DNA from: Chiloscyllium plagiosum
Taxonomy: Eukaryota
Direction: 5' to 3'
Assembly (NCBI RefSeq): GCF_004010195.1
Contig: NC_057711.1
Span: forward strand, 71,812,521 to 71,876,520
Length of the DNA stretch: 64,000 nucleotides
The notes under the pieces were generated by a model. That model did no database searches, was not told the DNA's origin, and saw nothing but the letters and a program-made list of their open reading frames with translations. Position numbers and translations under genes: made by a program. Position 1 is the first letter of the stretch. Each line of letters begins with the position of its first letter. Positions 1 through 12,779 of the stretch are shown piece after piece.

Positions 1-48
1 AGGCTCATCCGAGAAAACGAGATCTTTCTGGACAAGACCTTCAGCGAT
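1..48 (+). mobile_element. Fragment of CR1 ORF1 (RLIRENEIFLDKTFS), inverted relative to the adjacent CR1 copy
   Basis: 1-45 is the reverse complement of ~1608-1652 with 2 mismatches; it is joined directly to the minus-strand endonuclease. Confidence 0.85.
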
Positions 49-687
49 GGTCTCAAATTGCAGATTGAAGCTTATTGTATTATGGTCACTACTTCCCAAT
101 GGCTCCTTCACTTCGAGGTCTCTGACCAATTCTGGTTCGTTGCACAATACCAGATCCAGAATTGCCTTCTCCCTGGTCGGCTCCACCACAAGCTGTTCTA
201 AGAATCCATCTCTGAGGCACTCCACAAAGTCTCTTTCTTGAGGTCCAATACCATCCTGATTCTCCCAGTCTACCTGCATGTTGAAATCCCCCATAACAAC
301 TTTAATAACATCTTTGCGACAGGCCAATTTCAGCTCCTGATTTAACTTACATCCGACATCCAGACTACTGTTTGGGGGCCTGTAGATAACTTCTAAGAGG
401 GTCTTTTTACCCTTAGTATTTCTCAGCTCTATCCATACTGACTCCTCATCCCCTGATTCTAGGTCCCCCCGCGCAAGAGACTGAATATCGTCCCTTAACA
501 ATATGGCCACCCCACCCCCTCTGCCCGTCAGTCTGTCCTTACGATAGCACGTGTATCCTTGAATATTCATTTCCCAGGCCCTGTCCACTTGAAGCCACAG
601 CTCAGTTATCCCCACGATATCGTATCTGCCAATTTCCAAAAGAGCATCAAGCTCATCCATCTTATTTCTAATGCTTCGTGCATTCAT
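49..687 (-). CDS. APE-type endonuclease domain of CR1 ORF2 (open frame, truncated; absent from the ORF track)
   Basis: Manual translation MNARSIRNKMDEL..GITELW..YRPPN..MGDFN..ILDLVL..GSSDHNTI with no stop. Confidence 0.9.
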
Positions 688-875
688 GTATAGTATTTTT
701 AATTTGTTACTGCCCTCACCCTTCCCATCAACTCCTATTTCACTCAACCTTACAGCATGATCCCTTTATGAGTTTTCTGCCTCATTGATACAGTTGTCTT
801 TCTTGACTTCCGTTGTTCTAACTTTCCCTTCAATTTCTTTCTTAAACATCCAGTCTGTCCCCTCCCCCCCGCTAC

Positions 876-1562
876 TTAGTTTAAACGTAGCTGTGTTGCA
901 GTAGCAAACCTGCCTGCCAGAATGCTGGTCCCTAACCTATTAAGGTGAAAACTGTCTCTCTTGTATAATTTATGTTTACCACAAAACATACCCCAGTGAT
1001 CCAAGAATTTAAATCCTTGCTTCCTGCACCAGTTCCCCAGCCTCCCGTTCAAGTCCATTATCTCCCTGTTTCTGGCCTCACCAGCCCGAGGAACTGGAAG
1101 CAAAACGGAGATAACCACCCTGGACGTCCTGCTTTTCAGCCTTCTTCCTAGTTCTCCGAAGTCCCGCTGTAGTATGTTCCTCCTCTTATTCCTGACATCA
1201 TCTGTGCCAACATGTTCCACCACCTCTGGCTCTTCACCTTCGTCCTTGAGGATTTCCTGCACTCTGTCTGTGATGTCTTTAACCCTGGCACCAGGAATGC
1301 AACACACCATCCTTAAGTCCTGCCTGCTGTCACAAAAACCCCGGTCAGTTTCTCTCACTATGGAGTCCCATATTACCACGGCTCTGTGCGATGCCCGACT
1401 CTTCCGCTCTGCCTCCACGCCAACTTTTGATTGACAGACCTGGCCGCCTAGCGGTCTGGCAGTGTCACCTGTCTCTACTGTTTCCAAAAGATTCAACTTG
1501 TACTTGACAGGTACTTCCCCCGGGGTCTCTTGCACCTGTCTCCTCTCTGCCTTCCTCATCAT
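876..1562 (-). pseudogene. CR1 ORF1 SGNH/GDSL-esterase domain
   Basis: VIWDSIVR (GDS), PGARV, HVGTDD (GxND) and DSFHLN (DxxH) motifs, partly degenerate. Confidence 0.85.
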
Positions 1563-1604
1563 CTGCTCTCTTCTGCTCTTTTCTGGTATGGTCGGTGTAA
1601 TAAC

Positions 1605-1802
1605 CTAGCTGAAGGTCTTGTCCAAAAAGATCTCGTTCTCTCGGATGAGCCTAAGGTCCTCGAGTTCTTTCTTCAGTGCTGCAATATGCTCTGTCAGTAG
1701 CTGAATGTGCACACACTTTCCACACTTATACGATCCAGACACACCAGAGTCGTTGACTTCCCACATCAAGCATGTAGCACACTGAACCAGCTGGGCAGTC
1801 AT
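1605..1802 (-). pseudogene. CR1 ORF1 N-terminal zinc finger + coiled coil, cut off from the esterase by a premature stop
   Basis: CATC...CGKC followed by a leucine-rich helix; the inverted copy at 1-48 has GA where this copy has the TAG stop. Confidence 0.8.
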
Positions 1803-2149
1803 GTCTTCACCCTCTTCAACTGTGGCATAATCACTTCACTCAACCTCCTTGTCAAAGACTCCTGAGCTAAAGCCTCACTCTTCAATCCACAAGAACTTTC
1901 CTTGGACCCTCTTTTTGGGGCAAGTCTGTGGACTTTTAATTTAGGTTAGAGGAGGAGGGTGGGAGGGAGGCCCTACTTTGTAGGACCTAGAGTCTAGAAC
2001 ACACCCACTCAAATAACAATGACTTCCCTTCCCGACCGGCTTTGCTCTCCGACTTCACTTCCGCCCAGCTCCCGCTGCTCTCTGCTGCAAAAAAAATTAA
2101 AAGAATTATTATTGCATTATTTTTAACTTCATACTGTCTAGAAAATATT

Positions 2150-3600
2150 CTGATCTATACTTTCTCAGTCCAAACTGGATAAATTGACATTTGCTTACAC
2201 TGAACTCCATCTGTCAAAATTTTGCCTAGTCACTTAGTCTAACAATATCCCTTTGTAATTTTGTGCTATCATCTACAATGCTGCCCTACTTAGTGTCATC
2301 AACAAATTTGGACATATGACTTTAATGCCATTATCCAAGTCGTTAATAGATATTATGAATAATTGAGACCCAAAAACAGATCCTTGTGGGTTACCATTGG
2401 TCACATCCTGATAATTTGACAACAGACCCATTATCCCTAGTTTTGGTCACCTGCCACTCAATCAATTTCCAGATATGTCTGTAATTCACCCTCAATTACA
2501 TGGAGTTCTTTCTTAGTTAACAATTTTTTTTTATGCAGGATTTTATCAAATGCTTTCTGGAAATCTATATAAACAACATCCAAAGATATTCCCCTGTCCA
2601 CTACCTCTTCAAAAAATGCAATGAGATCTATCAGGCATGACCTATCTGTCATGAATCCATTCTGGCTCTCCCTGATTAAGTCTTCAAGGTGTTCAATTAC
2701 CCCATCCTTAATCATAGACTCCAACAATTACTCCCTCACAGATGTTAGACTAACTGGTCTGTAATTCCCTGGTTTTCCTCTTTCACCCTTCTTAAAAAGC
2801 AGAGTGGCATGGATGAGTTGCATCAAAGGGTTTGTTTCCATGCTGTACATCTCTATGAATCTAATTTTCCAGTCCAGAGGGACAACTCCTGTGTCTGAGG
2901 ATCTCTGAAAGATTATTGTTAGAGCATATATAGTAGAGTCCCAAACTTCCTTTAACACCATCAGATTCTGGAATTTGTCACTCTTTATTTTCATTGATTT
3001 CCTCATTACTGATGTTTTACTTATGTTAATTTTACTCAGTCCCTATCCCCGATCCACTAATAATTTCTCAGGACTACTGTCAAGCTGTCCTCCCTTTCTT
3101 CTGCAAATACTGAGGCAATATGTGTGTCCATTTCTCCATAATCATTGACAATAGCCCCACTTTCAGTCTTTAACAAGCCAACATTACTCCTGACCACACG
3201 CTTTCCCTTTATGTAACTATAAAATTTCCTCTTGTTGATTTTGATGTCCATGGTAAGTTTCCTTTCATAATCCCTTTTAGTAGCTCTTCTAAGCTGCTTT
3301 TTGGCCCTTCAGTGGTCTTTGTATCTTACCTATTCAGCAGCATCTATGCTGATATTTGTAAGCCCTTGCTTATAATTTAATGTTGTCCCTTATCTCTTTA
3401 GTTGCCCATGAATGTTTTCTCTGTGAAGTGGAGCTTTTCCCTCTCAGGGTATAAACTGGTTTTATATTGTATTAAATGCTTCTTTAAACATCTTCCACTG
3501 TTCCTCAGTTGTTTAGCCCATAAGCAGATTTTTCCACTTTACTGTGGACAGTCTCTGTCTCATCTTGTTAAAGTCATCCTGAACTAAAGATAAAGCTCTC
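2150..3600 (-). mobile_element. Decayed CR1 LINE ORF2 (RT region)
   Basis: GNYRPVSLTS, ESQNGF, DVVYIDFQKAFDK motifs in broken frames. Confidence 0.85.
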
Positions 3601-3619
3601 ATAGTTGATTCAGTAGCCA

Positions 3620-4400
3620 GAGAAGGCCAGACAGCCAGATTTTTGAAGGATAATGTTCTTGACCCACACTGTCTTCTGCCCCACTTTGTCAGCCCAATCC
3701 TTGTCAAATCCTGGATTACTTCTGCCAGGAACATTGGCAGCACCACCTTGGACACTGCCTCTTCCATCGCTCCAAGATTATATAATGAACCTTCGTCATC
3801 ACCTACAACTAGTGTTTACAATATTCACATCCCTTCCGATTATGTGATAGGGGTTTGGCCACAGTTGCACCTGAGGGTTAAACACAAGCAATGTGAAGGT
3901 TCCAGGTCAATCAGTAAGGACACTATTGAGACATCAGTCTGAGGAGAAAGGGTGCGGCAGTTCCTCCTGCAATCAGACAAAGGGAGGTATGAAGGCAGTG
4001 GATGCATTAGCCATTTGTGATTATGCATGGAGAAGTGTCCTCAGAGAGCAGGAAGGGTTAATAATTTGGGAGAATGACGTGAATGAGAACCTTGAAGTGG
4101 ACATGATGAAGGTATTGTAATCTATGAGCATCGGTGTGGAATGGCAGAGTCAGATTGAATGCTGGCCTTTGAGAAAGTGGTAGCAGAGAGAATATGGCAA
4201 TACATCCACCAGCAGAGCACCGAAGATGATTAAACTTCCTGCTGGCCATCCCTTTTCTCAGAGCACAGCACTGACTCATGCTGCAATATGGCTTGATCTG
4301 TTGATGTGCTCTGCTTTAATGGTCAGCAAGAAAAAGGATAACCCTCCTCTCCAAACACCGCCCTCCCCTGCCCTGGCTCGAGTACCTGAAGTAGTGTGCG
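3620..4400 (-). mobile_element. Decayed Harbinger-associated Myb/SANT-like gene remnant
   Basis: At ~4200-4380 (-): LERRVILFLADH*SRAHQQIKP...RKFNHLRCSA, resembling the Myb/SANT-like (NAIF1/MSANTD-type) domain; extent uncertain. Confidence 0.5.
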
Positions 4401-4737
4401 GCTAGGCTTTAAATGTGGCACACGAAGCATAGGAGACAAAGGTTCCAATATTGGTGAGTCCTTCTGCCTTACTCCTTATGTGATTCTCTTAGAAACATGC
4501 CCACATTTTTATTGCATAATTAATTAGGTGAAAGCGAAGATCACAGAAGAATGTTCCTTCTGGGCTTACCATACTAGATGTCGGTGTAACTCTCTTGTCA
4601 ATATATTTTAATTGCGAATGGGAAAATTCAGATCTTTGCATTCTTAATGAGCTAAATTTAGAAATGTCATGACTGCATTAGCTATTTCAAAACATTTTGG
4701 GACCAAATTCATTTGGCCTGCTTTTAAGTGCGGAATT

Positions 4738-5020
4738 GATGGAAGCAGGCCATTTGGCCCATTGAGTCCACACTGACCCCCCAAACAGCATCTGACTCAC
4801 ACCCTTCCATATAATTCCCATGGTTAATCCGTCTAGCCTGCAAACCCTTGGATGCTATGGGTAATCCACTTACCCTACACATCTTTTAACTGCGGGAGGA
4901 AACCCACACATTCATCGGGAAAATGCACAAACAGCACACAGACAGTCACCCAAGGGTGGAATCGAACCTGGTTCCCTGGCGGTGTAAGGCAGCAGTGCTA
5001 ACCACTGAGCCCCTGCGCTG
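4738..5020 (-). mobile_element. HE1-like tRNA-derived V-SINE
   Basis: Minus strand GGCTCAGTGGTTAGCACTGCTGCC (A box), GGTTCGATTCC (B box), V-SINE core, CR1-like tail. Confidence 0.85.
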
Positions 5021-7589
5021 GTACATTTCTGCAATATGTCTAAATATGGAGGCCTGAGGCAAGCTGGTTATTATTATTCCTATTGGGCCTCTGCAATAAT
5101 TGGAGTGAGCCAATGCTGATTGTCAGAACTCCAATGGCAGTTCCCTCATGTCCTCACCAACAGCAATCCATCGCTAAGTTCAAAAAGGGGAAAAGGGAAG
5201 AGAGAAATCTGAACTTCAAGTATCCTGCAATAATAGAGGTGCTGGGAGAAGAAGGAGTTATTTCATTTTAGAAAATTTCTGCTGACATTCACCAATTAGG
5301 CCACAGGGATAGGCTGGTGGATTGTACATGGAACTCAAAGTCCATGTGAGAGCCTTCCATTTCCAGAAAGAAAAGCTTTTCCTTAGATTTACATGCTGAG
5401 AGTGTGAAACGCCCACCAGTGTGAAATATTGCATATGAATTCCTTTTACCATGATTCTTTCATCATATGCCAATTGCCATGCAAACCTGATGATTCAGAG
5501 AAATGTGATGTGAAGACTGATTAGTGATCAGGAATATCCTCTGTAGTTGTGGTTTATGGGGGCAGTAAGGCTTCAGCAGAAAGAGGTGGAGAACAAACAT
5601 AATGAGACCCATAAGGCACCAAGATGTGTATTAGAACAGGTTACAGACATACTAATGTTTAACTTTAGTGCCTACTATGCCGTGTAATGAAGGAAAGTTA
5701 ACTGCTTCCAGATGCTAACTGGTTGATTGCATAAATGGTGGAAAAAGGCCTTCATCTCCATAGCACGAAGGAAGTGTTCAGTCAATGTTCAGAGAAGAAG
5801 ACAGTAAATACTGAGTGCCTTCAATGAATTAAAATTGACACTCCATGCCAGCCTGATTTTGTTCTTTCTTCACAACTGCCTTTCACTATCAAAGACTTTT
5901 ATTTTACTACTTCAGAAAATGTAAATCTAAATTTCACAAACGTTTGATCAACTCCAAAAGTAAGCAAGCATACATTGAAATAGGCTCTGATGTTTATGTG
6001 TTTCATCTTTATTTACTTTCTAGAATAACATTCTGCAGAAGTCTCCAACAAACTACACACCCAGTCCAGAACTCGATGTCACCACAGTGTCTGCATTGCA
6101 TGCCAATTATGTTAATTGACCCAGCCTCTAAAATATGGTGAGGCAAGATTGAGAAGCAATGGCTATAAATATTCCCAGGGAGCCTAAAAGGCCAGATCTG
6201 ACTTATCTCAGTGAAGCTACTGTCTCGAAGGGTAGTTTGAAACAATGGGCAGAATCTTACTGCACCCTGAATAACATGGGCATTGCCAGATCAACTTGGG
6301 CAAATAGGTTGAGATTGTTATAACTGACAATTTCAACGTCAAGGATAAAAAGTTTAATTCTCCACCAAGTTTTAAATGGCAAGACAATAACCTCGCTACT
6401 GAATGGCAAGAGACCTTTTTGCATCTATTTGCAGACACTAGCTAGCAATTATTACATAATCTCATCTTATTAATGTACAGTTCCCTAGTCTCTCAATCAT
6501 CTGATAAAAATTTGACAGCAACAATTCCTGACATGAAAATCAGAATAGCTATCTGGCAATTTCAGCTCACTAATCCATCTTGGACTGCACGCTCCAACAT
6601 CTCAAGGCACGCACTATGGGCAGACACCCCACCCACGGGGATTACTATTGAATATGTACCAACCTCACTGCACCCACATTGCCCATCTCTGACTCATTTA
6701 GAATACAGTTCTCCATTTCAATGCTGTACCTTGAGCATGCAAGAACCTATGATTGTAATACTGCTGCAAGAACAATTCATGCTGAGGGATGAATTGAATC
6801 AGGGTACACCTCAGGCCTCCTCACTTGCTTGCCTGAAATTCACTCACTTTGGGCCTACTTTGACGCTCAGTGATTCTTTGCATTGCCCTTTTGCACTTTG
6901 TCCCTCATGCTAGCTTAAATGCTCATCGTACTTGTGTCTTGACTTGCTGTTTAGCGCAGACACAGGCTTGTCTTGATTGTTTGCAGACATCAGTCAAGGG
7001 CAAAGGATAGATTGCTACATCAATCTCACATCTCTACCATGTGCCAGCAGGTTATGTAACGAACACATTGAACATGTTTCAACCAAATGGCCATATGTCA
7101 ATGTGTAAGTGGAGTAGTTATCAGTCAGGTGAAAGGAGACAGCCTTCAGTTGAGGGATCCTGGCACACACAAAGTCAAAGGCACCATTTGTTATCAGGCT
7201 AGGAGCTTGGACATAGTCAGTCTTGGGCAGTCATGATCACATTGTCTGTATCATTGTAGTCTTGGCAATGGGCTACCTACTTGCTCCTTAAAAAGTCTTC
7301 TTTTTCCTTTTTTTCTCTTTATATCTCAGTGCACTCACAGGCTCCACAGTGAAGGTTTAGGGGATAGAGTGGGGGAGGTGTTGGGGATGAGGAGGAAGCC
7401 TGCCTTACAGTGAAGCCCATTGGTCTTGATGTTTTGTCTGGGTGACCGCGGGGACAGTTATGGCTAGAGAGTCCAGACATGCGGAGGGTGACCTGCTCAG
7501 ATATGGGTTCACTGGCTACAGCGTGAACTCTTACAGGGTGAGCTTGGAAGACAGTGGGAGGCCTAGCCATATCTGAAGTTGTTTTTGAT

Positions 7590-7905
7590 TCATTCATCAG
7601 GTGAGGGTTGCTCTAGCTATGCTGGCATTTATTGCCCAGAGAACAGTTAAGAGTGAACCACATTGTTGTGGGTCTGGAGTCACATGTAGGCCAGACTAGA
7701 CAGGGATGACAATTTCCTTGCCTAAAGGACATTTGTGAACCAGATGGGATTTTTTGACAACCAGCTCATGGTTATCATTAGCCTCTTAATTCCAGATATT
7801 TCTGTAATTCAAATTCCACATCTGCCATAGTAGGAATTGAGCCCAGGTCGCCATTGTCTGCTCTCTGGTTGAGCTACATTACCCCTGGGCCATCACCTCC
7901 CCCTT
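7590..7905 (-). mobile_element. Second tRNA-derived SINE family (GGGCAATAAATGC..GC tail)
   Basis: Shares CACATTG.TGTGGGTCTGGAGTCACATGTAGGCCAGAC with the copies at 25.2k, 39.3k and 49.0k. Confidence 0.8.
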
Positions 7906-7909
7906 AGTG

Positions 7910-9250
7910 CCCTAACAGCAGGCTGCTGAGAGGAATGTGCTGCTGTACCTGGCTCTCTATGGCAGTCACCAATTAGTCAATGGAGGCAGCCAGACGATCA
8001 CAGATGGCATGGTGTAAAGAGCATTAGTGGACTACTCCAACCTCCAGTGCCTCTGGCGTGAATGGCTGACACCACAGAGTCCCCTCCTGCCTTGAGCAGG
8101 TGACCAGCTTCCAACAATCCTCTGAGTACCATCCACCTGGGCCTGCATCTTCCTCAGCCAGCTGCAGAGACGTGGCATTGATGCGCACACCGGAATCTGC
8201 TTTCAACTCTAATCTTGCTAAAGTCCCCACGGAGATGGGCATGTCTGAGCTGGTGGAGGGTGCAAGAGGTAGGCTTGCCAGTGTTTCCTGTGAAGGGGAT
8301 GTTTCAAGGAGGAAATGTCTTTCAGGGTCATCCTCTTGATGACAGAGACCGTACAGATTCCACTGGTACCTGCAGGAGATGAAAGAGAGATGAATTGTGC
8401 AATAGGGATGGCCGTTCGGGCATGTTAAGAGTATATTCACAGTGTGGTAATGGGAGAGCAGCACAGCAATGGACATAATGATTCTTCCTTGGTTGCCAGG
8501 ACATTGAGGTTTCAACCTTACCACATGAATGGTCACAGTTCCTTTCAGCTAAGACAAGAACCTTCCGCTTCCTAGGGGGCAAAAAGACAAATGTTGGGCA
8601 CTCCACCATCCATTTTGACTCTTTCTACCCTATTGTGGGCCATTTCCTCCTGGAATGAGGCAAAGCGAGTGTCCCCATGTGAGTGAGTGTGAAGTGCAGT
8701 GGACATGCAGGGTTCATGTTGCAGATTGTGGGGTTGGTGTTGGGGTGGCTAAGAGTGAGGCAGACATGATGCTGCATGCAATATGGAGAGTTGTGCTCTT
8801 TTAGCCTTGGTGGGAGATGAGGGCATTAGCAGAGTTAGAGTGAGTGTGAGGTAGCAGCGAGAGATTATGACACTTAATCACAGACCTGAGAGGTCTATGC
8901 AGCATTGCTGGGTGTTTCTTTTCCAGACTGACCCTGGTGGCAATCTGAAATCAAACTGGCAAGGTTTGATAGTATGGTTTCGTCTGCCAGTCCTGAGGGA
9001 AGATGATGGCTCTCCACTGCACTGCCCTATCCAACTGAGTCTCTGTTAGGAAATCAGGGAGCTCTCTCTCCTCTTTCTCAGCCATCACTGGGACAATTCC
9101 TCACACACAGAAATAGTGCAGGCCAGCTCCTGAGTGACAGTGCTTTTCCTGATATGTAGCTGTATTCCAAATATCGTGTCTATGCTGGGATTCTCAGGAG
9201 GTCCCATACGTCTGCCACTGGTGAGTGAGACGATTGTACAAGCAGGGCAT
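7910..9250 (-). mobile_element. Decayed Harbinger Myb/SANT-like gene remnant
   Basis: At ~8880-9030 (-): AVQWRAIIFPQDWQTKPYYQTLPV*FQIATRVS..RNTQQC; low-complexity S/P-rich downstream frame. Confidence 0.55.
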
Positions 9251-9859
9251 TATAGAGGTGTGGTGCATAGCTAATAAGGTGAGCTTTTGAGATTGACGAG
9301 AGAAAACTCATTCGTGCTCACCAAGAGAAACCCTCCATGTGACTCACCAAAATTAACACTTAGCCAATTTCTAGACATGCCACACCTACTTCTGAATCTT
9401 CTGCATGCAAAGGCTTTAAGGATGCTCCAATTCAGTGCACTTTCAAAAGCTAATAACATGTATTACTCATTCAAGTCATATGGTATATGATATAGACTCT
9501 GAGGTGATACCTCTTCGTGTAATATCAGTCAAATGGAATTCAATGGTAAGGTTCAGACTGCCTCTCAGTGCATTTACCAAATACACACGAGCAAAACTTG
9601 ATCTCATGTAACAGTTAAATTCCAACTTTTGGCCAAAAACATTCAAATGCTTTCTGCTTATCACTCACTTTTCAATTTCAAAGTTGCTTTGGTGCAAACG
9701 TACTCATTCAAAGAATTAAGGGATAGCACACCATTGAAGGCAATTGCTCAGCTTCACTCTTGTCTACACATGTCAAATCATGCTGTCAAGGTTACCACTA
9801 CATTGATGAGATTGGAGCAGATTTTCTACACATCTTAGGCAAATCCCTAAGAATAAATG

Positions 9860-10190
9860 TGCAAGCTTGAAATGGATGCGCGAAGGAGAGAAAACATTCA
9901 CCAAGGGAGGCTGCATATGGTTTCCAATGTTAGCGGCACAGTATGAAGGGATTGTAGAAGCCTAGCTTGAAATCAGAACACAAATTGACATTAAATCATT
10001 CTTAAAATGTGGGATACCCAAAGCAATTGATTGCAAGCAGATAGTTACTTGTGGAGTGACATGGTCAATGATGAGTGCTAATGAAGATTACATTGATGAT
10101 TCACGTGAAGATGTGATTCAAGAGACAGATTAGGATGTATGATTTGGTTCTGAAGATGAGGAGGAGGGTGATTTTTATGAAGCTTAATAA
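9860..10190 (+). pseudogene. pogo/Tigger DDE transposase C-terminal remnant
   Basis: From 9873: WMREGEKTFTKGGC...IVEA*LEI..IKSFLKCGIPKAID, followed by an acidic tail DEEEGDFYEA*. Confidence 0.75.
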
Positions 10191-10647
10191 ACGTTTAGTT
10201 CATGGTGTGCTGCAAAATAGCATTCGTATTTATCCTGTGATAAAAATCAATGCGGTTGCATAAATTTTAATTGTCTTTTGTTTCTGACAAATATAATAAA
10301 TTTTATTTGTTCAACATACAGAAATGAATAACTGTCTCCAGAGAGATTCTTATTTTATTGTTAAATGTCAATATTAAATAAATCTTCTGATTCCTAATGC
10401 ACTACTTTCAGGGGTGGGGATAAGTCTTTGACATGGCAACTCAGCAATTAATTGACATACAGTTATAATCAGTCAAGGAGGATTTTGATGAGAAAGAATG
10501 AATTTCAACATCTCAAAAATATTCATGTATAAGTTGTCCCCATGCTTTTTGGCTCAAACTTTGGTCTCTAAAACTAATTTTTTACGTGAGAATATATGCT
10601 ATTTAAACTGGTAGAAGTCAAAGCCACCAATATTCTTTGTATCTTGC

Positions 10648-10846
10648 CATAGAGTCATAGGGTCAGAGAGATGTTCAGCATAGAAACAGACTCTGCAGTC
10701 CAATTCATCCATGCTGACCAGATATCCTAACCTAATATAGTCCCACTTGTCAGCACCCGGCCTATATCCCTCCAAACCCTTCCTATTCATATACCCACTC
10801 AAATGCCTTTGAAATGTTGCAATTTTACTAGCCTCCACCACTTTCT
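10648..10846 (-). mobile_element. CR1/HER1 LINE 3' end
   Basis: CATAGAGT-type tail repeats; TFQRHLSGYMNRKGLEGY C-terminus. Confidence 0.9.
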
Positions 10847-11134
10847 GAAGAGGCCCCTTGAAGAGTCATGATATCTAAGATGTTCTGAGGAACATTCTGT
10901 TTTCTATTTTCCAGAAGGAAAAGTAAATAGAACTGGTGAATGAGACATTCTGATCCATTTCATATACTTCAAAATGGAGTTCTAGTATGACCAGTATTTT
11001 AAAATATTACTGGGATTTTCCACTGGAGTTCTTGTTCACTGAAATCCTAAAAACCTGCCAGAGGAACTTTTCCATCTAGAATTGTCACCTGACTTTCTAA
11101 ATGCAGCTTGGAGAGTGAAGCTCCCTACTGGCAA

Positions 11135-11530
11135 ACACAGAATCACATAATGTTACAGAGCAGAAGGAGGCTATTTGGCCCATTGTGCCGACACCAGCTC
11201 ATTAAAAGAGCATCATTACCTTGGGCCAATCTTCTGCTTTTTTCCAATACCCTTGCACATGGCTGTTATCCAAATCGTCATCCAATACACTCGTAAATGC
11301 CTCAATTTAACCTGCCTCCGGTAAATTCCAGGCAATGGACAGTATTCCATACCTTAACCACTCACTGAGTTCAGCCTTGCTTCGTTTGCAGATGGCTTTC
11401 AATCTATGACCCCTTGTTCTTATTCCTTTCATGTGCAGTTTCTCCCAATCTAGCCTGCTCAGGATTTTGGAAACCTCAGATTTCTTCTCTCCAAAGAGAG
11501 CAGTCCCAACTATGAAACTGAAATATTTGA
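11135..11530 (-). mobile_element. Old CR1 3' end
   Basis: RTRGHRLK motif and CR1 3'UTR. Confidence 0.7.
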
Positions 11531-12109
11531 GAGGAACATAAACATGGCTGAAACTACCACACACATAAGAAAAAGTCAGGAAGAGGAATTGGCTTTGGCC
11601 GACTGAACACATCTCACTACCATTTCCGCTCACCCAGTCTGGAATCTAATTCTTGCATGAATTTTACATCATTGTGTTTTCTGTTACCTGACCTGATAAA
11701 CATTCCATTTGAAGTGAAGTGAAGAAATGTTTAAATGCCTTGGACTTTCTTTTTGGGAAGACAATCTTGCAAGTAAATTGAGATTTCTCCATCATGTTGA
11801 AGAAACCATTATGTTGATAGGCCCAGCGTTTCATCACTCACATCTGACTGTTTAACTACTTGAAAAATGTGGAAGGTACTCTGTTTGTTGTTTTCATTTT
11901 GTTCTCAATTTACAAATGTTGCCCTTGCAAAAATATCCACATGAAAATCATGTTGTGCCAACCTTTTTAAGAGCAATTGATACATTCTAGGGAAAAGAAT
12001 AACTTATTTTGTATTTGTCTGCAAGCATCATCCTAGCGTTTTTACATTTCATGGCAATTCTGAATATTTACATTACAGAATAAATAATGCTAGACTGCAT
12101 CATTTTCTG

Positions 12110-12683
12110 GGCAGAAGTGAGGACTGCAGATGCTGGAAACCAGAGTTTAGATTAGAGTGGTGCTGGAAAAGCACAGCAAGTCAGGCAGCATCCGAGGAGC
12201 AGGAAAATCGATGTTTCGGGCAGGGGAAATAAGGAAACTGGTGAAGTCCACATTGATGCCCTGGGGTTGACGTGCACAGAGGTGGAAGATGAGGCGTTCC
12301 TCCAGGCATTGGGTGGTGACGGAGCGGCGGTGAAGGGGGCCCAGGACCTACATGTTCTCGGCAGAGTGGGAGGGGGCGTTGACATGTTGGGCCACAGGGA
12401 GGTGTGGTTGATTGGTGCGGGTGTCCCGGAGAAGTTCCCTAAAGCGCTCTGCGAGGAGGGGTCCAGTCTCCCTAATGTAGAGGAGACCGCATCAGGAGCA
12501 ACGGATACAATAAATGACATTGGTGGATATGCAGGTAAAACTTTGATGGATGTGGGAGGCTCCTTTGGGGCCTTGGATGGAGGTGAGGGAGGAGGTGTGG
12601 GCGCAGGTTTTGCAATTCCTGCGGTGGCAAGGGAGGGTGGGTTGTAGGGGGGGTGGAGCGTGGGCCTGACCAGGTAGTCACGG
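12110..12683 (-). mobile_element. 5'-truncated Penelope-like element (GIY-YIG fragment + partially deleted pLTR)
   Basis: DYLVR..CHRRNCKTC..VIYCIRCS motifs; 11-bp TSD ATCATTTTCTG at 12099-12109 and 12684-12694. Confidence 0.9.
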
Positions 12684-12779
12684 ATCATTTTCTGCATAAA
12701 GTTGTAAGTGAGCCATCTAATAATAAGATTCAGATTGCACCCATACCCAGACAGCAAGTTTCATCTATGATGTAAATGA

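Larger units (their letters stand above)
49..2090 (-). mobile_element. 5' half of a CR1-clade LINE (5'UTR, ORF1, endonuclease of ORF2), truncated at ~49
   Basis: Ordered zinc finger, esterase and APE endonuclease on the minus strand; the UTR boundary is approximate. Confidence 0.9.

Noticed and set aside
6473..6913. 146-aa ORF and other 60-150 aa ORFs in unassigned DNA
   Set aside because: No recognisable domain, codon pattern or splice context; lengths expected by chance
12152..12757. 201-aa Pro-rich ORF
   Set aside because: Off-frame reading of a frameshifted GIY-YIG fragment plus flank
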